Below, piece by piece: positions 1 through 8,621 of a stretch of 43,448 nucleotides of DNA; the first letter of the stretch is position 1, and every line of letters begins with the position of its first letter. This DNA comes from a virus (lineage: Duplodnaviria; Caudoviricetes), in the IMG/VR virus record IMGVR_UViG_3300029171_000016, positions 1 through 43,448 of that record; one strand, written 5' to 3'. A program made the position numbers and the translations under genes. Below the pieces are notes generated by a model. The model ran no database searches. It was not told the DNA's origin and was given only the letters and a program-made list of their open reading frames with translations.

Positions 1-17
1 GTTTCCCAGTCACGATC
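1..17 (+). other. Random-amplification (SISPA round A/B) primer tag; library artefact
   Basis: GTTTCCCAGTCACGATC at the contig end is the widely used primer-B tag (M13-forward derived) of random-primed virome amplification. Confidence 0.9.
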
Positions 18-646
18 GTGCGTTTGAGGAATCGATTGCCGCCTTTAACAGAGAAAAGGTAAGTGCGATATATCATGCAGGAGACGTAATAGAGGGGATG
101 TCAAATCGTGATGGGCATGTCTATGAGTTAGAAGCAGTCGGTACAACTGCACAGATAGAATTGGCTTGCAAGTTACTTAGCCAGTATAAACAACCGCTTT
201 ATTTTACAACTGGGAATCATGATGAGTGGAGCAAGGTGAAAGGAAATCAAGGAGTGTTAATTGGACCAGAGCTTGAAAGAAGACTTAAAAATGCTACCTT
301 TCTCGGAGAGTACACTGCCAATATTAAATTACACCCAAACGTCACAATGAGATTAACGCACGAAGGTTCTATGGCTTACGCAATTAGCTACTCAATGCAG
401 AAGAGAGTTAACGCCTTAGAAGGTGGAACAAAGCCAAATATAATTTTCAACGGACACATTCACAAAGCAATGTATCTTTTTTACAGAAACATTCATTGTT
501 TCGAGGCAGGTACATTCCAAAATCAAACACCCTTTATGGCGATGAAAGGAAGCCCTGCGCATGTTGGCTTCTGGATTCTTGATATTGCAATGGACAGAGG
601 AGGCATCAGAGAATTAACCCAAAAGTTCTTTCCGTTTTACAAATGA
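2..646 (+). CDS. Calcineurin-like metallophosphoesterase, 5'-truncated
   Basis: Frame is open upstream of ATG 98 and encodes HAGDVIEG; downstream GNHD, THEG and GHIH motifs; first DxH motif is off the contig. Confidence 0.85.
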   Translation, partial: FPSHDRAFEESIAAFNREKVSAIYHAGDVIEGMSNRDGHVYELEAVGTTAQIELACKLLSQYKQPLYFTTGNHDEWSKVKGNQGVLIGPELERRLKNATFLGEYTANIKLHPNVTMRLTHEGSMAYAISYSMQKRVNALEGGTKPNIIFNGHIHKAMYLFYRNIHCFEAGTFQNQTPFMAMKGSPAHVGFWILDIAMDRGGIRELTQKFFPFYK

Positions 647-912
647 TTCTAACTTATCAGAAAATGCTCGAAGTATTGGCGAACTATTCTCTCAATCACA
701 CAGACATTGGAATGTTTGACTTGTGTGGCTTGTGCAGGACAGGAGAGAAGGAAATCTACATTGCTAAGGACATGTCAGAAACCCAAAAGATTCAAACTAT
801 AATTCATGAGTGCATTCACGGCTACAAATATCTTCACGGACTTCGCGACAAAGAGAAAACAACGGAGGAGGAAGCCCAGAAAACCTACGCGCGGCTCTAC
901 AAACAAAGATGA
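643..912 (+). CDS. Small HExxH zinc-metallopeptidase-like protein (ImmA/IrrE-like)
   Basis: TIIHECIH motif followed by EEEA; ATGA overlap with upstream gene. Confidence 0.6.
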   Translation: MILTYQKMLEVLANYSLNHTDIGMFDLCGLCRTGEKEIYIAKDMSETQKIQTIIHECIHGYKYLHGLRDKEKTTEEEAQKTYARLYKQR

Positions 913-1301
913 TCCTCCCGAAGAATATAATCGGCGTCGGAAAAGCGTTGAATCAGAACGGAAAATTAATATACAATGGAACGCTCCCTGACGAATCCAA
1001 GCAGAATGAACCTCTGGTATGCTTAAAGAAAAGCGATTTAGAAATGCTGCTTTCTGAAGCACAATTCCAGATGTTCCAGACCAAGTTAATAATGAATAAA
1101 GAATTCTTTGAGCAGCGCGCAGAACTAGGATCGATATTTCCTGATGAACTGCACTGGAGGACAGGTAAGAAAGAAAAAGATAATTATTCGGGTGTGACCA
1201 AACTATACTTAGACAGGCACTGGTATACATTCGATCCTTCCAAGTCGGTGTGGATCCGCTATGAATCCATAGACGAGGCGGAACAGGAAGGAGAAATATG
1301 A
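909..1301 (+). CDS. Hypothetical protein
   Basis: Start moved to ATG 909 (ATGA coupling with upstream stop). Confidence 0.7.
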   Translation: MILPKNIIGVGKALNQNGKLIYNGTLPDESKQNEPLVCLKKSDLEMLLSEAQFQMFQTKLIMNKEFFEQRAELGSIFPDELHWRTGKKEKDNYSGVTKLYLDRHWYTFDPSKSVWIRYESIDEAEQEGEI

Positions 1302-1492
1302 CTCTTGACGACGTCTGCAGAATTATTGATGAACTCTCGGTCATGGAGGGCGCTTATCCAGCCTACTCTCGTCCAATAGAAAAACTCAAATTAGACTATC
1401 ACACTGAGTTACTGAAGATCACCAAAGAGTATGATTTAAAAATAAATGCCTTGTATGCACTAATCCAAGCGCAGAAGAAGGTAAAGATTTAA
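1298..1492 (+). CDS. Hypothetical protein
   Basis: ATGA overlap, AGGAG upstream. Confidence 0.65.
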   Translation: MTLDDVCRIIDELSVMEGAYPAYSRPIEKLKLDYHTELLKITKEYDLKINALYALIQAQKKVKI

Positions 1493-1516
1493 ATAATCTT
1501 AGGTATATACCTGCTG
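1483..1516 (+). promoter_or_regulatory. Archaeal-type promoter with downstream GTATATAC operator
   Basis: AAAGA-TTTAAATA (1488-1495) 29 nt before ATG 1517; palindrome AGGTATATACCT 1501-1512. Confidence 0.75.
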
Positions 1517-1792
1517 ATGACACAAAGTTTTCAGGATTACTTTGAGCACATAAAAGAGGTGTTGTCTAAGTACAACGGAAAAAACGTCGGCTTAGCAGAT
1601 TTATATCGCGTTGTCGACTTGGTAATGTATTCTAACTTAAAAAACATCCCGCCTAAAAACAAGAGTTATTACGAGAAGCACTCTCCAATAATCAGAAAAC
1701 TTGAAGCTCAAGGATTTATAATACCAGTCGGATACGGACAAACTTGGAAAGTGAATTCTCAAACTCAAGAAGTCAACAGACTTCAAGAGTGA
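1517..1792 (+). CDS. Putative winged-helix DNA-binding protein
   Basis: Helical N-terminus, IIRKLEAQGFI followed by a beta-hairpin-like wing. Confidence 0.5.
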   Translation: MTQSFQDYFEHIKEVLSKYNGKNVGLADLYRVVDLVMYSNLKNIPPKNKSYYEKHSPIIRKLEAQGFIIPVGYGQTWKVNSQTQEVNRLQE

Positions 1793-1799
1793 AATAGAC

Positions 1800-2095
1800 G
1801 CTAGGATGGATGCCGTAACCTTAAAGAATTACTCTTTAAGCCGAAACCTGCCATCATAGAAAAGGCGAAGGCGTCACGCAATGAAGCTAATTCAACGCCA
1901 TACAATCCGTGAACAGGGTAAGGCAAATGCTGTATCAACTAAGTAGGGGAGGAAAGACGTTCGGGGCTTCATTAACTGGAAAGTTTTAATTAGATGCGTG
2001 GTCACATGTTTTTTGGAAAAACCTGTTAGCTGGCCTCAAAAATTTGTCTTGGGGACCCCAGTTAGCTGCCAAAAGAAGGTATGACTACCTAGAAA
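1800..2095 (+). ncRNA. Candidate structured non-coding RNA or DNA element
   Basis: No long ORF; several nested stems visible (see findings). Confidence 0.35.
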
Positions 2096-2226
2096 GAAGA
2101 ATGCTGCTAACTAATAGAAAGCGCAACTATAGAAAGAAGAATAATGGAGATTTCAAAAAAACTCAGGATAAGAAGTAACTTACTAAAGTAGTATGTTATA
2201 TACTTTAATATATACATTAGACTATA

Positions 2227-2262
2227 GAAACATTTAAATACATTAATAATCTATATATAATA
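2227..2262 (+). promoter_or_regulatory. Archaeal-type promoter of the early small-gene array, in an AT-rich tract
   Basis: GAAACA-TTTAAATA (2233-2240); degenerate operator copies TTATATAC 2196-2203 and ATATATAC 2208-2215 upstream. Confidence 0.6.
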
Positions 2263-2301
2263 CAATAAAAGGAGAGTGGGTAATACCACCTCATACTCAA
2301 A

Positions 2302-2460
2302 ATGACACAAAAAATAAAAAAGATTCAAAAGATATTCAATGAAAAGGCAACACTCAAAAAAGTGATAGACGAGTTATCAAAAGACGGAATCGTAGAGATT
2401 ACCAGAATCATTAGAATGCAAAACGGGGAGGTAGTCGTAGACTATAATATAGATGGGTGA
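2302..2460 (+). CDS. Small hypothetical protein (52 aa; not in ORF track)
   Basis: MTQKIKKIQKIFNEK...DYNIDG*, first ORF after the promoter, overlaps next start. Confidence 0.6.
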   Translation: MTQKIKKIQKIFNEKATLKKVIDELSKDGIVEITRIIRMQNGEVVVDYNIDG

Positions 2461-2878
2461 AATCATTGCTATAAAGAGAACCACGCCCTATGGCGTTCAG
2501 CTGATGGACGGGTCTTATGAAAAGGTAACTCCTCAAGTCAAGACCTTCATCAGCAAGATGCTGCCAGCGGAGTTTACGATTGAAGATCGTGATGACAAGG
2601 GCGTTATCTCGCGCTTGACAATAAGCAAGATGCTTGCACCTCCAAATCCAATCCCTGCAGCAGCTATGGTCGGAAAACCTGCACAGGAAACAAGGGGGAG
2701 AGAGGCCGATAAAGTCCCTTTAATGCTTACCTCTTACATCAAAGACATAGTTGTTGCTATCTTGAATAACGAGATGAGAAATAAGACAATGCGGGATTTA
2801 GAAGACATCTGGACCGAAGCCGCAAAGGTTGTTTTTGAGGGTTATAAGAAACTGGAGATTGCACATGGAGTTAGTTAA
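2453..2878 (+). CDS. Hypothetical protein (beta-rich N-terminus, possibly OB-fold/ssDNA-binding)
   Basis: GGGGAGGT upstream; beta-rich N-terminus, Pro/Ala linker, helical C-terminus. Confidence 0.55.
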   Translation: MGEIIAIKRTTPYGVQLMDGSYEKVTPQVKTFISKMLPAEFTIEDRDDKGVISRLTISKMLAPPNPIPAAAMVGKPAQETRGREADKVPLMLTSYIKDIVVAILNNEMRNKTMRDLEDIWTEAAKVVFEGYKKLEIAHGVS

Positions 2879-3044
2879 GCACTTTGAATTAGGAGGATAC
2901 ACACAGGAAATACGAGTAGATATAGATGTTATCAAGGATGTTTCATGCTCATGCCGCTGGGGAACGATCCACCGCGAGGCATGGAAGAAAGGTGAAAAGA
3001 TATGCAAGCATGCGAAGGAGGCGCTGAAAGCCAATGGGATGTAG
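2865..3044 (+). CDS. SWIM zinc-finger protein
   Basis: CSC...CKH (CxC-xn-CxH); start moved to ATG 2865. Confidence 0.7.
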   Translation: MELVKHFELGGYTQEIRVDIDVIKDVSCSCRWGTIHREAWKKGEKICKHAKEALKANGM

Positions 3045-3237
3045 ATTACTAAGCGGATCTGAAGGCGTTTGTTTTTTTGACAGTGTAACGATGACTGCCT
3101 TTGGTCCGGTGATGGAAAGCGAGGAGGAAGCGGAACTGTTAAGCCAAAGCTTAAGCGATGATCCTCGCAGGTATTCAGTTGAAGAACTACACGCAGCACT
3201 TGATAATCTAAGGATGGAGCAGGATAAATTACTATGA
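3034..3237 (+). CDS. Hypothetical protein
   Basis: ORF coupled on both sides; GGAGG upstream. Confidence 0.65.
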   Translation: MGCRLLSGSEGVCFFDSVTMTAFGPVMESEEEAELLSQSLSDDPRRYSVEELHAALDNLRMEQDKLL

Positions 3238-3471
3238 GATTCGAAGGAAACATTGCAGGCACGGAAATTGAGAGAATTGTTATAAAGATCTTAAACGCAG
3301 AATTCAAGAGACTAGAAAGCAAATTAGGATCTTATGAAAAGTTTTTAAATAAGTTCTACGAAGAACTGAAGGTGTTAATATGAAAAGTTTTTAAATAAGT
3401 TCTACGAAGAACTGAAGGTGTTAAATTTAAAAATTGAAAACCTAGAGCGCGAAATTAAAACATCATATTAA
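3234..3471 (+). pseudogene. Small coiled-coil ORF disrupted by a 46-bp tandem duplication
   Basis: Stops at 3383 as assembled; removing one repeat copy restores a 63-aa ORF ending at TAA 3469-3471. Confidence 0.6.
3333..3424. repeat. Exact 46-bp tandem duplication
   Basis: TATGAAAAGTTTTTAAATAAGTTCTACGAAGAACTGAAGGTGTTAA at 3333-3378 and 3379-3424. Confidence 0.95.
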
Positions 3472-3476
3472 CTAAA

Positions 3477-3908
3477 ATGACAGACGGTGCATTATCCAAG
3501 CTGAAGGATTGGAACAAAAATAACAAGATTGCTATTAGAAACTTTCATGAAAGCTGTGACTTCCACGATATTGTAAAACTCACGCTCATGCGAATGCTGC
3601 GCCGCAGTTATCCAAACAGTCATTCTTGTCAAATCTACTCGGAGTACAATCCGGAGGATCCTCACGCAAACTATCCGGATATTTGGATGAGAGTTTCCGC
3701 CTACAAGAAAAAACGCCTTACACACACAGTGTACGTCTGGGAAATTCAGGAGAAAGTAAGTGAGGAATGGAAGAAGCAAATCGTGGAGAAACATCAGGAA
3801 GTTAACTTGATTATAGTCCCCGTGAAGAAAATCAAAGACGCCTGCGGTTATCCTCTGGAATTCAACTTTAGAAAATTCTACGAAGAATTGGAGAGATACG
3901 TAATATGA
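3477..3908 (+). CDS. Putative PD-(D/E)XK-fold nuclease-like protein
   Basis: YPDIW...VYVWEIQ pattern preceded by helix with H and YSE. Confidence 0.5.
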   Translation: MTDGALSKLKDWNKNNKIAIRNFHESCDFHDIVKLTLMRMLRRSYPNSHSCQIYSEYNPEDPHANYPDIWMRVSAYKKKRLTHTVYVWEIQEKVSEEWKKQIVEKHQEVNLIIVPVKKIKDACGYPLEFNFRKFYEELERYVI

Positions 3909-4183
3909 GAAAACACATACCCCCTCTTAGATGTACAGAATGCGACAAGCTAATCAGTAAACCGAAGGCAAACAATTCCGGTCTTTGTTCGTCGTGTAAT
4001 CTGGATTTCTGCAAGAAGAGAAACAGACAAAGTAAAAAGAAAACCAAAGCCCGCAACATACCCTTCAAGTTTAAAACCGATCGTAATTTATGCCCGCATT
4101 GTCCTTTAAAGTTCAGAAACATCACCTCGTTCAGAAATCACCTGAGAGAAGCGCATGATTTGAATTATCGGAGGGCAAAATGA
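3905..4183 (+). CDS. Zinc-finger protein with C-terminal C2H2 finger
   Basis: CTEC...CSSC and CPHC-x12-HLREAH. Confidence 0.75.
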   Translation: MRKHIPPLRCTECDKLISKPKANNSGLCSSCNLDFCKKRNRQSKKKTKARNIPFKFKTDRNLCPHCPLKFRNITSFRNHLREAHDLNYRRAK

Positions 4184-4362
4184 GTCTGAGTGATAAAATT
4201 GCGTCTGTTCGGGGAAGATTTGATATGTCAAGCACAGATGTCCGAGAAGCTGTAGAGAAATTGATGCAAAGACTAGAAGAGAATATTACTCAAGGCAATA
4301 AACTAAAATTCACACATACTATTGTTGCAATTAAAGAAATTTTTGGGGAGAAATTAACATGA
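4180..4362 (+). CDS. Hypothetical protein
   Basis: ATGA coupling, GGAGGG upstream. Confidence 0.65.
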   Translation: MSLSDKIASVRGRFDMSSTDVREAVEKLMQRLEENITQGNKLKFTHTIVAIKEIFGEKLT

Positions 4363-4511
4363 CCACGGATACTTTCATAATGATTTTAGGGGGTTTAACA
4401 GTGGTTGCTATTATCGTTAGAGTTTTCTTCGATGTAAAATATTTAAAGTGGGCTAAAAAATATAAAAAAGAAAACCCCGATGCAATAATATATGGAGACT
4501 ATGAAATATGA
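4359..4511 (+). CDS. Small membrane protein (50 aa; not in track)
   Basis: MTTDTFIMILGGLTVVAIIVRVFF...; ATGA overlaps at both ends. Confidence 0.6.
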   Translation: MTTDTFIMILGGLTVVAIIVRVFFDVKYLKWAKKYKKENPDAIIYGDYEI

Positions 4512-5107
4512 AAGACTACTTTGACAAACGAATTGAGGAACTTGAGAAAGGATGCGGAAAATATAATTTACGGAGTGAAGTTTGCGGTGTTGAATATGAT
4601 GGAGGATTGTTTTTGTGTAGTGAATGTTTTATAAGATTTGATGAACTCAAAAAAGCCCAAGAAAATTCAAATAAAGATTTTCTTGATTGGTTAGTGTGGT
4701 TACTATGGACAAGATGTCCAAATGGAGAATGGACACAGGAAGCTATCAAAGAGAAAATAGAAGAATTAAGAGAGAAAGCCCAAGAAAAATTAATGTACCG
4801 CAATATACCGCAATGTACCAAGCCCCAAGAAAATTTAAGTCCTCGTTTGACATCGGAGCGTAAGCCGAAGGGTGACGAGGAAAATTTATTAAAAGCATAC
4901 GAAGATGGAATTAAGCATGGAAAAGAAGTTTCATTTAGAGACCACATTACAAGCTACAATCAAGGTTATGCTGAAGGTTCGAGAGATATGGAAAAGATTT
5001 TAGATAAGTTTATTGCGGAGTTAAGAGATTATTTTCTCAACGCAGAACTGCCTTTAAACATGAGAAAGATTGATGAATTAGCAGAGAAATTCCGGGGGAA
5101 GAAATGA
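4508..5107 (+). CDS. Hypothetical protein with Cys cluster
   Basis: GCG...CG...CSEC; coupled ORF. Confidence 0.65.
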   Translation: MKDYFDKRIEELEKGCGKYNLRSEVCGVEYDGGLFLCSECFIRFDELKKAQENSNKDFLDWLVWLLWTRCPNGEWTQEAIKEKIEELREKAQEKLMYRNIPQCTKPQENLSPRLTSERKPKGDEENLLKAYEDGIKHGKEVSFRDHITSYNQGYAEGSRDMEKILDKFIAELRDYFLNAELPLNMRKIDELAEKFRGKK

Positions 5108-5457
5108 CAGCACTGCGAATAGAAATTTGTAAGAATTTCAGGGGAAAATTTGATATACGAATCGGAGACATTGAAGGAAGCAGTGAAACCTCAAATATTA
5201 CGAAAGAAGAATTGATGCAGGAAATAAGCGACGAGATAGATGAAGTTTTTAAATTTGATTTCGGAAAAGAAAACAAAAGCGTAATTGATAGTCCAAAGAA
5301 GGAGTTTAACCTTGATGAAAGTCAAGCCCCGAAGCGTAGCTCTACATTGGCTGAAAGTATACCAGAGAAGCTCGGTGATGTATCGGGCTCTTCTTCGGAG
5401 GACGCTAATTCTCAAATAGAAAAGGAGTTAAATAAAGACTATGATAATCGGAGATAA
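5104..5457 (+). CDS. Hypothetical protein
   Basis: Coupled ORF. Confidence 0.6.
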   Translation: MTALRIEICKNFRGKFDIRIGDIEGSSETSNITKEELMQEISDEIDEVFKFDFGKENKSVIDSPKKEFNLDESQAPKRSSTLAESIPEKLGDVSGSSSEDANSQIEKELNKDYDNRR

Positions 5458-5593
5458 TTACGGAGAGACCAATACAGAGACTGGAGAATTTAGGGCTTGT
5501 TGCCAGACTTGTGGAGAGTGGGAAGAAGATTGTAAATGTAATCTTAGAGATAAGTTCGTGAAAGACAAACAAAACGAAGGAGGAAGGGAATGA
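5441..5593 (+). CDS. Small Cys-rich protein (not in track)
   Basis: MIIGDNYGE...CCQTCGEWEEDCKC; AGGAG upstream. Confidence 0.55.
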   Translation: MIIGDNYGETNTETGEFRACCQTCGEWEEDCKCNLRDKFVKDKQNEGGRE

Positions 5594-5751
5594 ATATTGA
5601 ATTTAAAATTATCCAATGGAGTGAGGATTATCAGCTTGAGGTAGATGGAAAAACTCACTTTAAATGTAAAATCGGTGAGTTAAGAAAAGTTTTCAACGAA
5701 ATGGAGAAAATTGCGAGACTGAGATTTAAAGGAGAATTAAAACATGATTGA
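5590..5751 (+). CDS. Small hypothetical protein (not in track)
   Basis: MNIEFKIIQWSEDYQLEVDGK...; ATGA overlap. Confidence 0.55.
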   Translation: MNIEFKIIQWSEDYQLEVDGKTHFKCKIGELRKVFNEMEKIARLRFKGELKHD

Positions 5752-5781
5752 GTGCGTAAAAACTACACAAGAGGTAAAAGA

Positions 5782-6141
5782 ATGAGCATAATACCGATAC
5801 CTATCTTTTTTCCAAGAGAAAGTAATGAGGACAAAAAAGAAAGATTAAGATTAAAGAGAATTGGAGAGATTAGTAGAAAGAAGATTCCGACAATGGATGA
5901 AGAAAACGAAAAAAGAGTTTTAATGAAGTCCCCTCATCTTTTAGAAATAGTCAAAGAGAGATGTCCTAAATGTAAAGGAAAGATGTGGCACGATAATTTC
6001 CAGAAGTGTTGGAATAAAAAGAAACATTTACTTGCATGTTACCAATGTATTGATTGTAAGTATAGGGTATTGTTTGATTTATTTACACAAAAATTTGAGA
6101 AAAGACCATTTAGCTCAGAAACTACAGGAGACGCAAAATGA
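5782..6141 (+). CDS. Zinc-ribbon protein
   Basis: CPKC...CIDC; GAGGT before ATG 5782. Confidence 0.6.
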   Translation: MSIIPIPIFFPRESNEDKKERLRLKRIGEISRKKIPTMDEENEKRVLMKSPHLLEIVKERCPKCKGKMWHDNFQKCWNKKKHLLACYQCIDCKYRVLFDLFTQKFEKRPFSSETTGDAK

Positions 6142-6288
6142 ACGCCAAGACTTTTTTTATTAGATATTTTGTTGTATTGCCTTGTTTACTTAGTCCTTTT
6201 CACGGACATAGGAGACATGAAAAGTTATTAGAATTATATAGGTGGGAAATAATATGAATTACTCTTTTGCAATGGGAGATGAACCAAA

Positions 6289-6558
6289 ATGAATGAAGCC
6301 AAAGGAGTGAGCGCTACGAGTCTGCGCGCTTACAAAGAAATTTACGATAAGCTTGGAGACAAACAAAAAGAGGTCTACCAAATGCTGAAGAATTTAGACA
6401 GCGCCAACAATGCGATCTTATCCAGAAAGCTAAACTGGGCAATTAACAGAGTAACTCCGCGCGTGCTAGAGCTCAGAGAAGCCGGACTCGTCATTCAGGA
6501 CTCTATTCGACCATGCCCAATCACAGGAAAATTAACCTGCTTCTGGAGGATAAAATGA
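6289..6558 (+). CDS. Winged helix-turn-helix transcription regulator
   Basis: LGDKQKEVYQML...LSRKLNWAINRVTPRVLELREAGLV, a typical viral wHTH. Confidence 0.75.
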   Translation: MNEAKGVSATSLRAYKEIYDKLGDKQKEVYQMLKNLDSANNAILSRKLNWAINRVTPRVLELREAGLVIQDSIRPCPITGKLTCFWRIK

Positions 6559-6734
6559 GAAAATCTAAAATAATAGGAATTGCGAAAAGAGATTTAAAAG
6601 CCGGAGAAATATTTGAAGTTCCTATAGACTTAACAACTTTAGAAATAAAAATTAACGATTCAATTAATTTTATCGAAGGAACAACAATAAACGATTTGAT
6701 GGGGGAAAATGAAAAAGATAACTGCGGCTCGTGA
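6555..6734 (+). CDS. Hypothetical protein
   Basis: Start moved to ATG 6555 (GGAGG, ATGA overlap). Confidence 0.55.
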   Translation: MRKSKIIGIAKRDLKAGEIFEVPIDLTTLEIKINDSINFIEGTTINDLMGENEKDNCGS

Positions 6735-6831
6735 ACACAAGTGTGACAAATGCGGAAAGAAAACAAAGGAATATTTTTATACTGACGGAAACTATATTTA
6801 CTGTACAGAGTGCGGAGGTAAGTCAAAATGA
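6709..6831 (+). CDS. Small zinc-ribbon protein (40 aa; not in track)
   Basis: HKCDKCGK...YCTECGG. Confidence 0.6.
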   Translation: MKKITAAREHKCDKCGKKTKEYFYTDGNYIYCTECGGKSK

Positions 6832-7103
6832 AAATCTTGTTAGATGTGGCAATATTCCATTCTAAAGACAATATCGAATTCTTTAAGATAGCGCCGACTA
6901 AAAGTAAAAAAGATTTGCTGATTGAAAGATTGAAAATAGAAGAGAAGAAAATAAAGACGTATCTTCTTAAACTAAGAGCCGAAGGCAAGATAAAATCAAT
7001 AAAGCGCCCAAAGAATACAAAGCTAAAATTACAGCTAAGGAATATTGTCCGAGCCAGAAGAAATATAAAAAAATCAATTAGAATTCTTAAGAAGATGTTT
7101 TGA
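6828..7103 (+). CDS. Basic hypothetical protein
   Basis: GGAGGT upstream; K/R-rich. Confidence 0.6.
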   Translation: MKILLDVAIFHSKDNIEFFKIAPTKSKKDLLIERLKIEEKKIKTYLLKLRAEGKIKSIKRPKNTKLKLQLRNIVRARRNIKKSIRILKKMF

Positions 7104-7138
7104 GCAAGATTTATAAACTCAGCAGTATATACTCTTCG
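7104..7138 (+). promoter_or_regulatory. Archaeal-type promoter with downstream GTATATAC operator; heads the glycan locus
   Basis: CAAGA-TTTATAAA (7110-7117) 29 nt before ATG 7139; GTATATAC 7125-7132. Confidence 0.75.
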
Positions 7139-7342
7139 ATGAGGGCAAAGGTGAGAGTGATACGTTCTGGTGAGTATCCTGTGTATGGCATTGCGATTCC
7201 AAAGGAGATTGCACTTCTAGTAAAAAATGTCGCATACGATATAGAATTAAGAGGAACTACTCTCGTATTAACATCAGGTTGTGACCTTGAGACCATAAAG
7301 AAAACTGCAAAGGAGTACATGTTTGAAGATGTCAGAGTCTAA
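7139..7342 (+). CDS. AbrB/MazE/SpoVT-like DNA-binding protein
   Basis: KVRVIRSG...YGIAIPKEIA...YDIELRGTTLVL swapped-hairpin pattern; start moved from TTG 7100 to ATG 7139. Confidence 0.65.
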   Translation: MRAKVRVIRSGEYPVYGIAIPKEIALLVKNVAYDIELRGTTLVLTSGCDLETIKKTAKEYMFEDVRV

Positions 7343-8621
7343 GATCCGAGTCGCCATTCTTTCCGATTCTGTTAATTTTCAGACAGGATTTAGGAACCAA
7401 TCCCTGCAGCTAGCGCAATACCTATCCGGAAGGGGATTTGAAGTCCATTACTTTTGTTCAGGATTAAGCGGCCTAGGGTTTAAGGAAGGAGTATTAGAGG
7501 ACGGAACAGTAATTAATTTTCATCTTCACGGACAACACAAAATGCCTTACTTTCAGGATAACATGTCCCATCTACTTAAGAAGTATCAAATTGACTTCTT
7601 CATCATTCTACTCGATACGTTTATGCTTTACGGAAATGATGGATGGTTCGGAAGAATAGACTTAAGTCCTGCTCAATCTGCGTTTTGGTATCCTTCAGAC
7701 GGCGGAGCTGGGCTGCCAAACCACTGTGAAGTAATATTAAAGAAAGTTGACTACCCTGTAGCGATGTCTAAATTTGCTCAGAAACAAGTAAAAGATTATT
7801 ATGGTCTCAACACCGGATATATTCCACACGGAGTAAACCCTGAGAAAATTTTTAAATTACCCGAAGAGGAAAGACAAAAATTCAGATCTCAATGGGGTTT
7901 GAAAGATAAGTTTGTAATCGGAACAGTTATGAGAAATCAGGGAAGGAAGATGCCTGATAAGTTCATTAAAACAATCTTTTCTCTCGCCAACAAATTAAAA
8001 GATAATTCTTTGATGCAGAATTGGGTTATCTTAATGCACACAGACTTTCAGGATCAGGCAGCTCCAGTTGATTTATACAGGTTGATAAGACGCTACAATT
8101 TAGAAAATCGAATAATCAGCACGGGTATGAATGCCTTAAACGGATTCCCCGAAAGCAGAATGAATGAAGTTTACAATCTATTTGATGCCTTCTTCCTTTC
8201 AACGAGTGGGGAAGGATTCGGCATTCCAATAATCGAAGCAATGTCTGCCGAGGTTCCTTGTGTGGTGACAGACTATACAACTACGGAGGAGCTAATAGTT
8301 CATAATCAAGCAGGATTCGGTGCAAAACTAGTAGGCACGCAGCAATTAAGTTTCTTCGATAAACCTGCACAGGAGTATGATAATTTAGTTGCTAACGGAA
8401 CTACTACGGGGGGGTGGCATGTTGAAAGAGGTCTGGTAGACATAGATGATGCTGCGGACAAGTTAATTCAGCTGTACCGCTACCCTGAGCTGAGAAAACA
8501 GATGGGTCTAAACGGAAGAAAGGCCGTCCGTGAGCAATACGATTTTAATAATATTGTAGGATTGGCTTGGGAGAATTTAATCTTATCAGCTCTTGGAAAA
8601 CGTATTGCTAGTCAGTCTTAG
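7329..8621 (+). CDS. Glycosyltransferase, GT4 family (GT-B)
   Basis: TGF N-terminal loop, IPHGVN, RNQGRK, EGFGIPIIEAM signature. Confidence 0.92.
   Translation: MSESKIRVAILSDSVNFQTGFRNQSLQLAQYLSGRGFEVHYFCSGLSGLGFKEGVLEDGTVINFHLHGQHKMPYFQDNMSHLLKKYQIDFFIILLDTFMLYGNDGWFGRIDLSPAQSAFWYPSDGGAGLPNHCEVILKKVDYPVAMSKFAQKQVKDYYGLNTGYIPHGVNPEKIFKLPEEERQKFRSQWGLKDKFVIGTVMRNQGRKMPDKFIKTIFSLANKLKDNSLMQNWVILMHTDFQDQAAPVDLYRLIRRYNLENRIISTGMNALNGFPESRMNEVYNLFDAFFLSTSGEGFGIPIIEAMSAEVPCVVTDYTTTEELIVHNQAGFGAKLVGTQQLSFFDKPAQEYDNLVANGTTTGGWHVERGLVDIDDAADKLIQLYRYPELRKQMGLNGRKAVREQYDFNNIVGLAWENLILSALGKRIASQS

Noticed and set aside
1949-1956. GAGGAAAG resembling RNase P RNA conserved region I
   Set aside because: The following GUCC/P4 pairing partner and CR-V motif were not found
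3333-3424. CRISPR-like repeat
   Set aside because: Two abutting copies with no spacer
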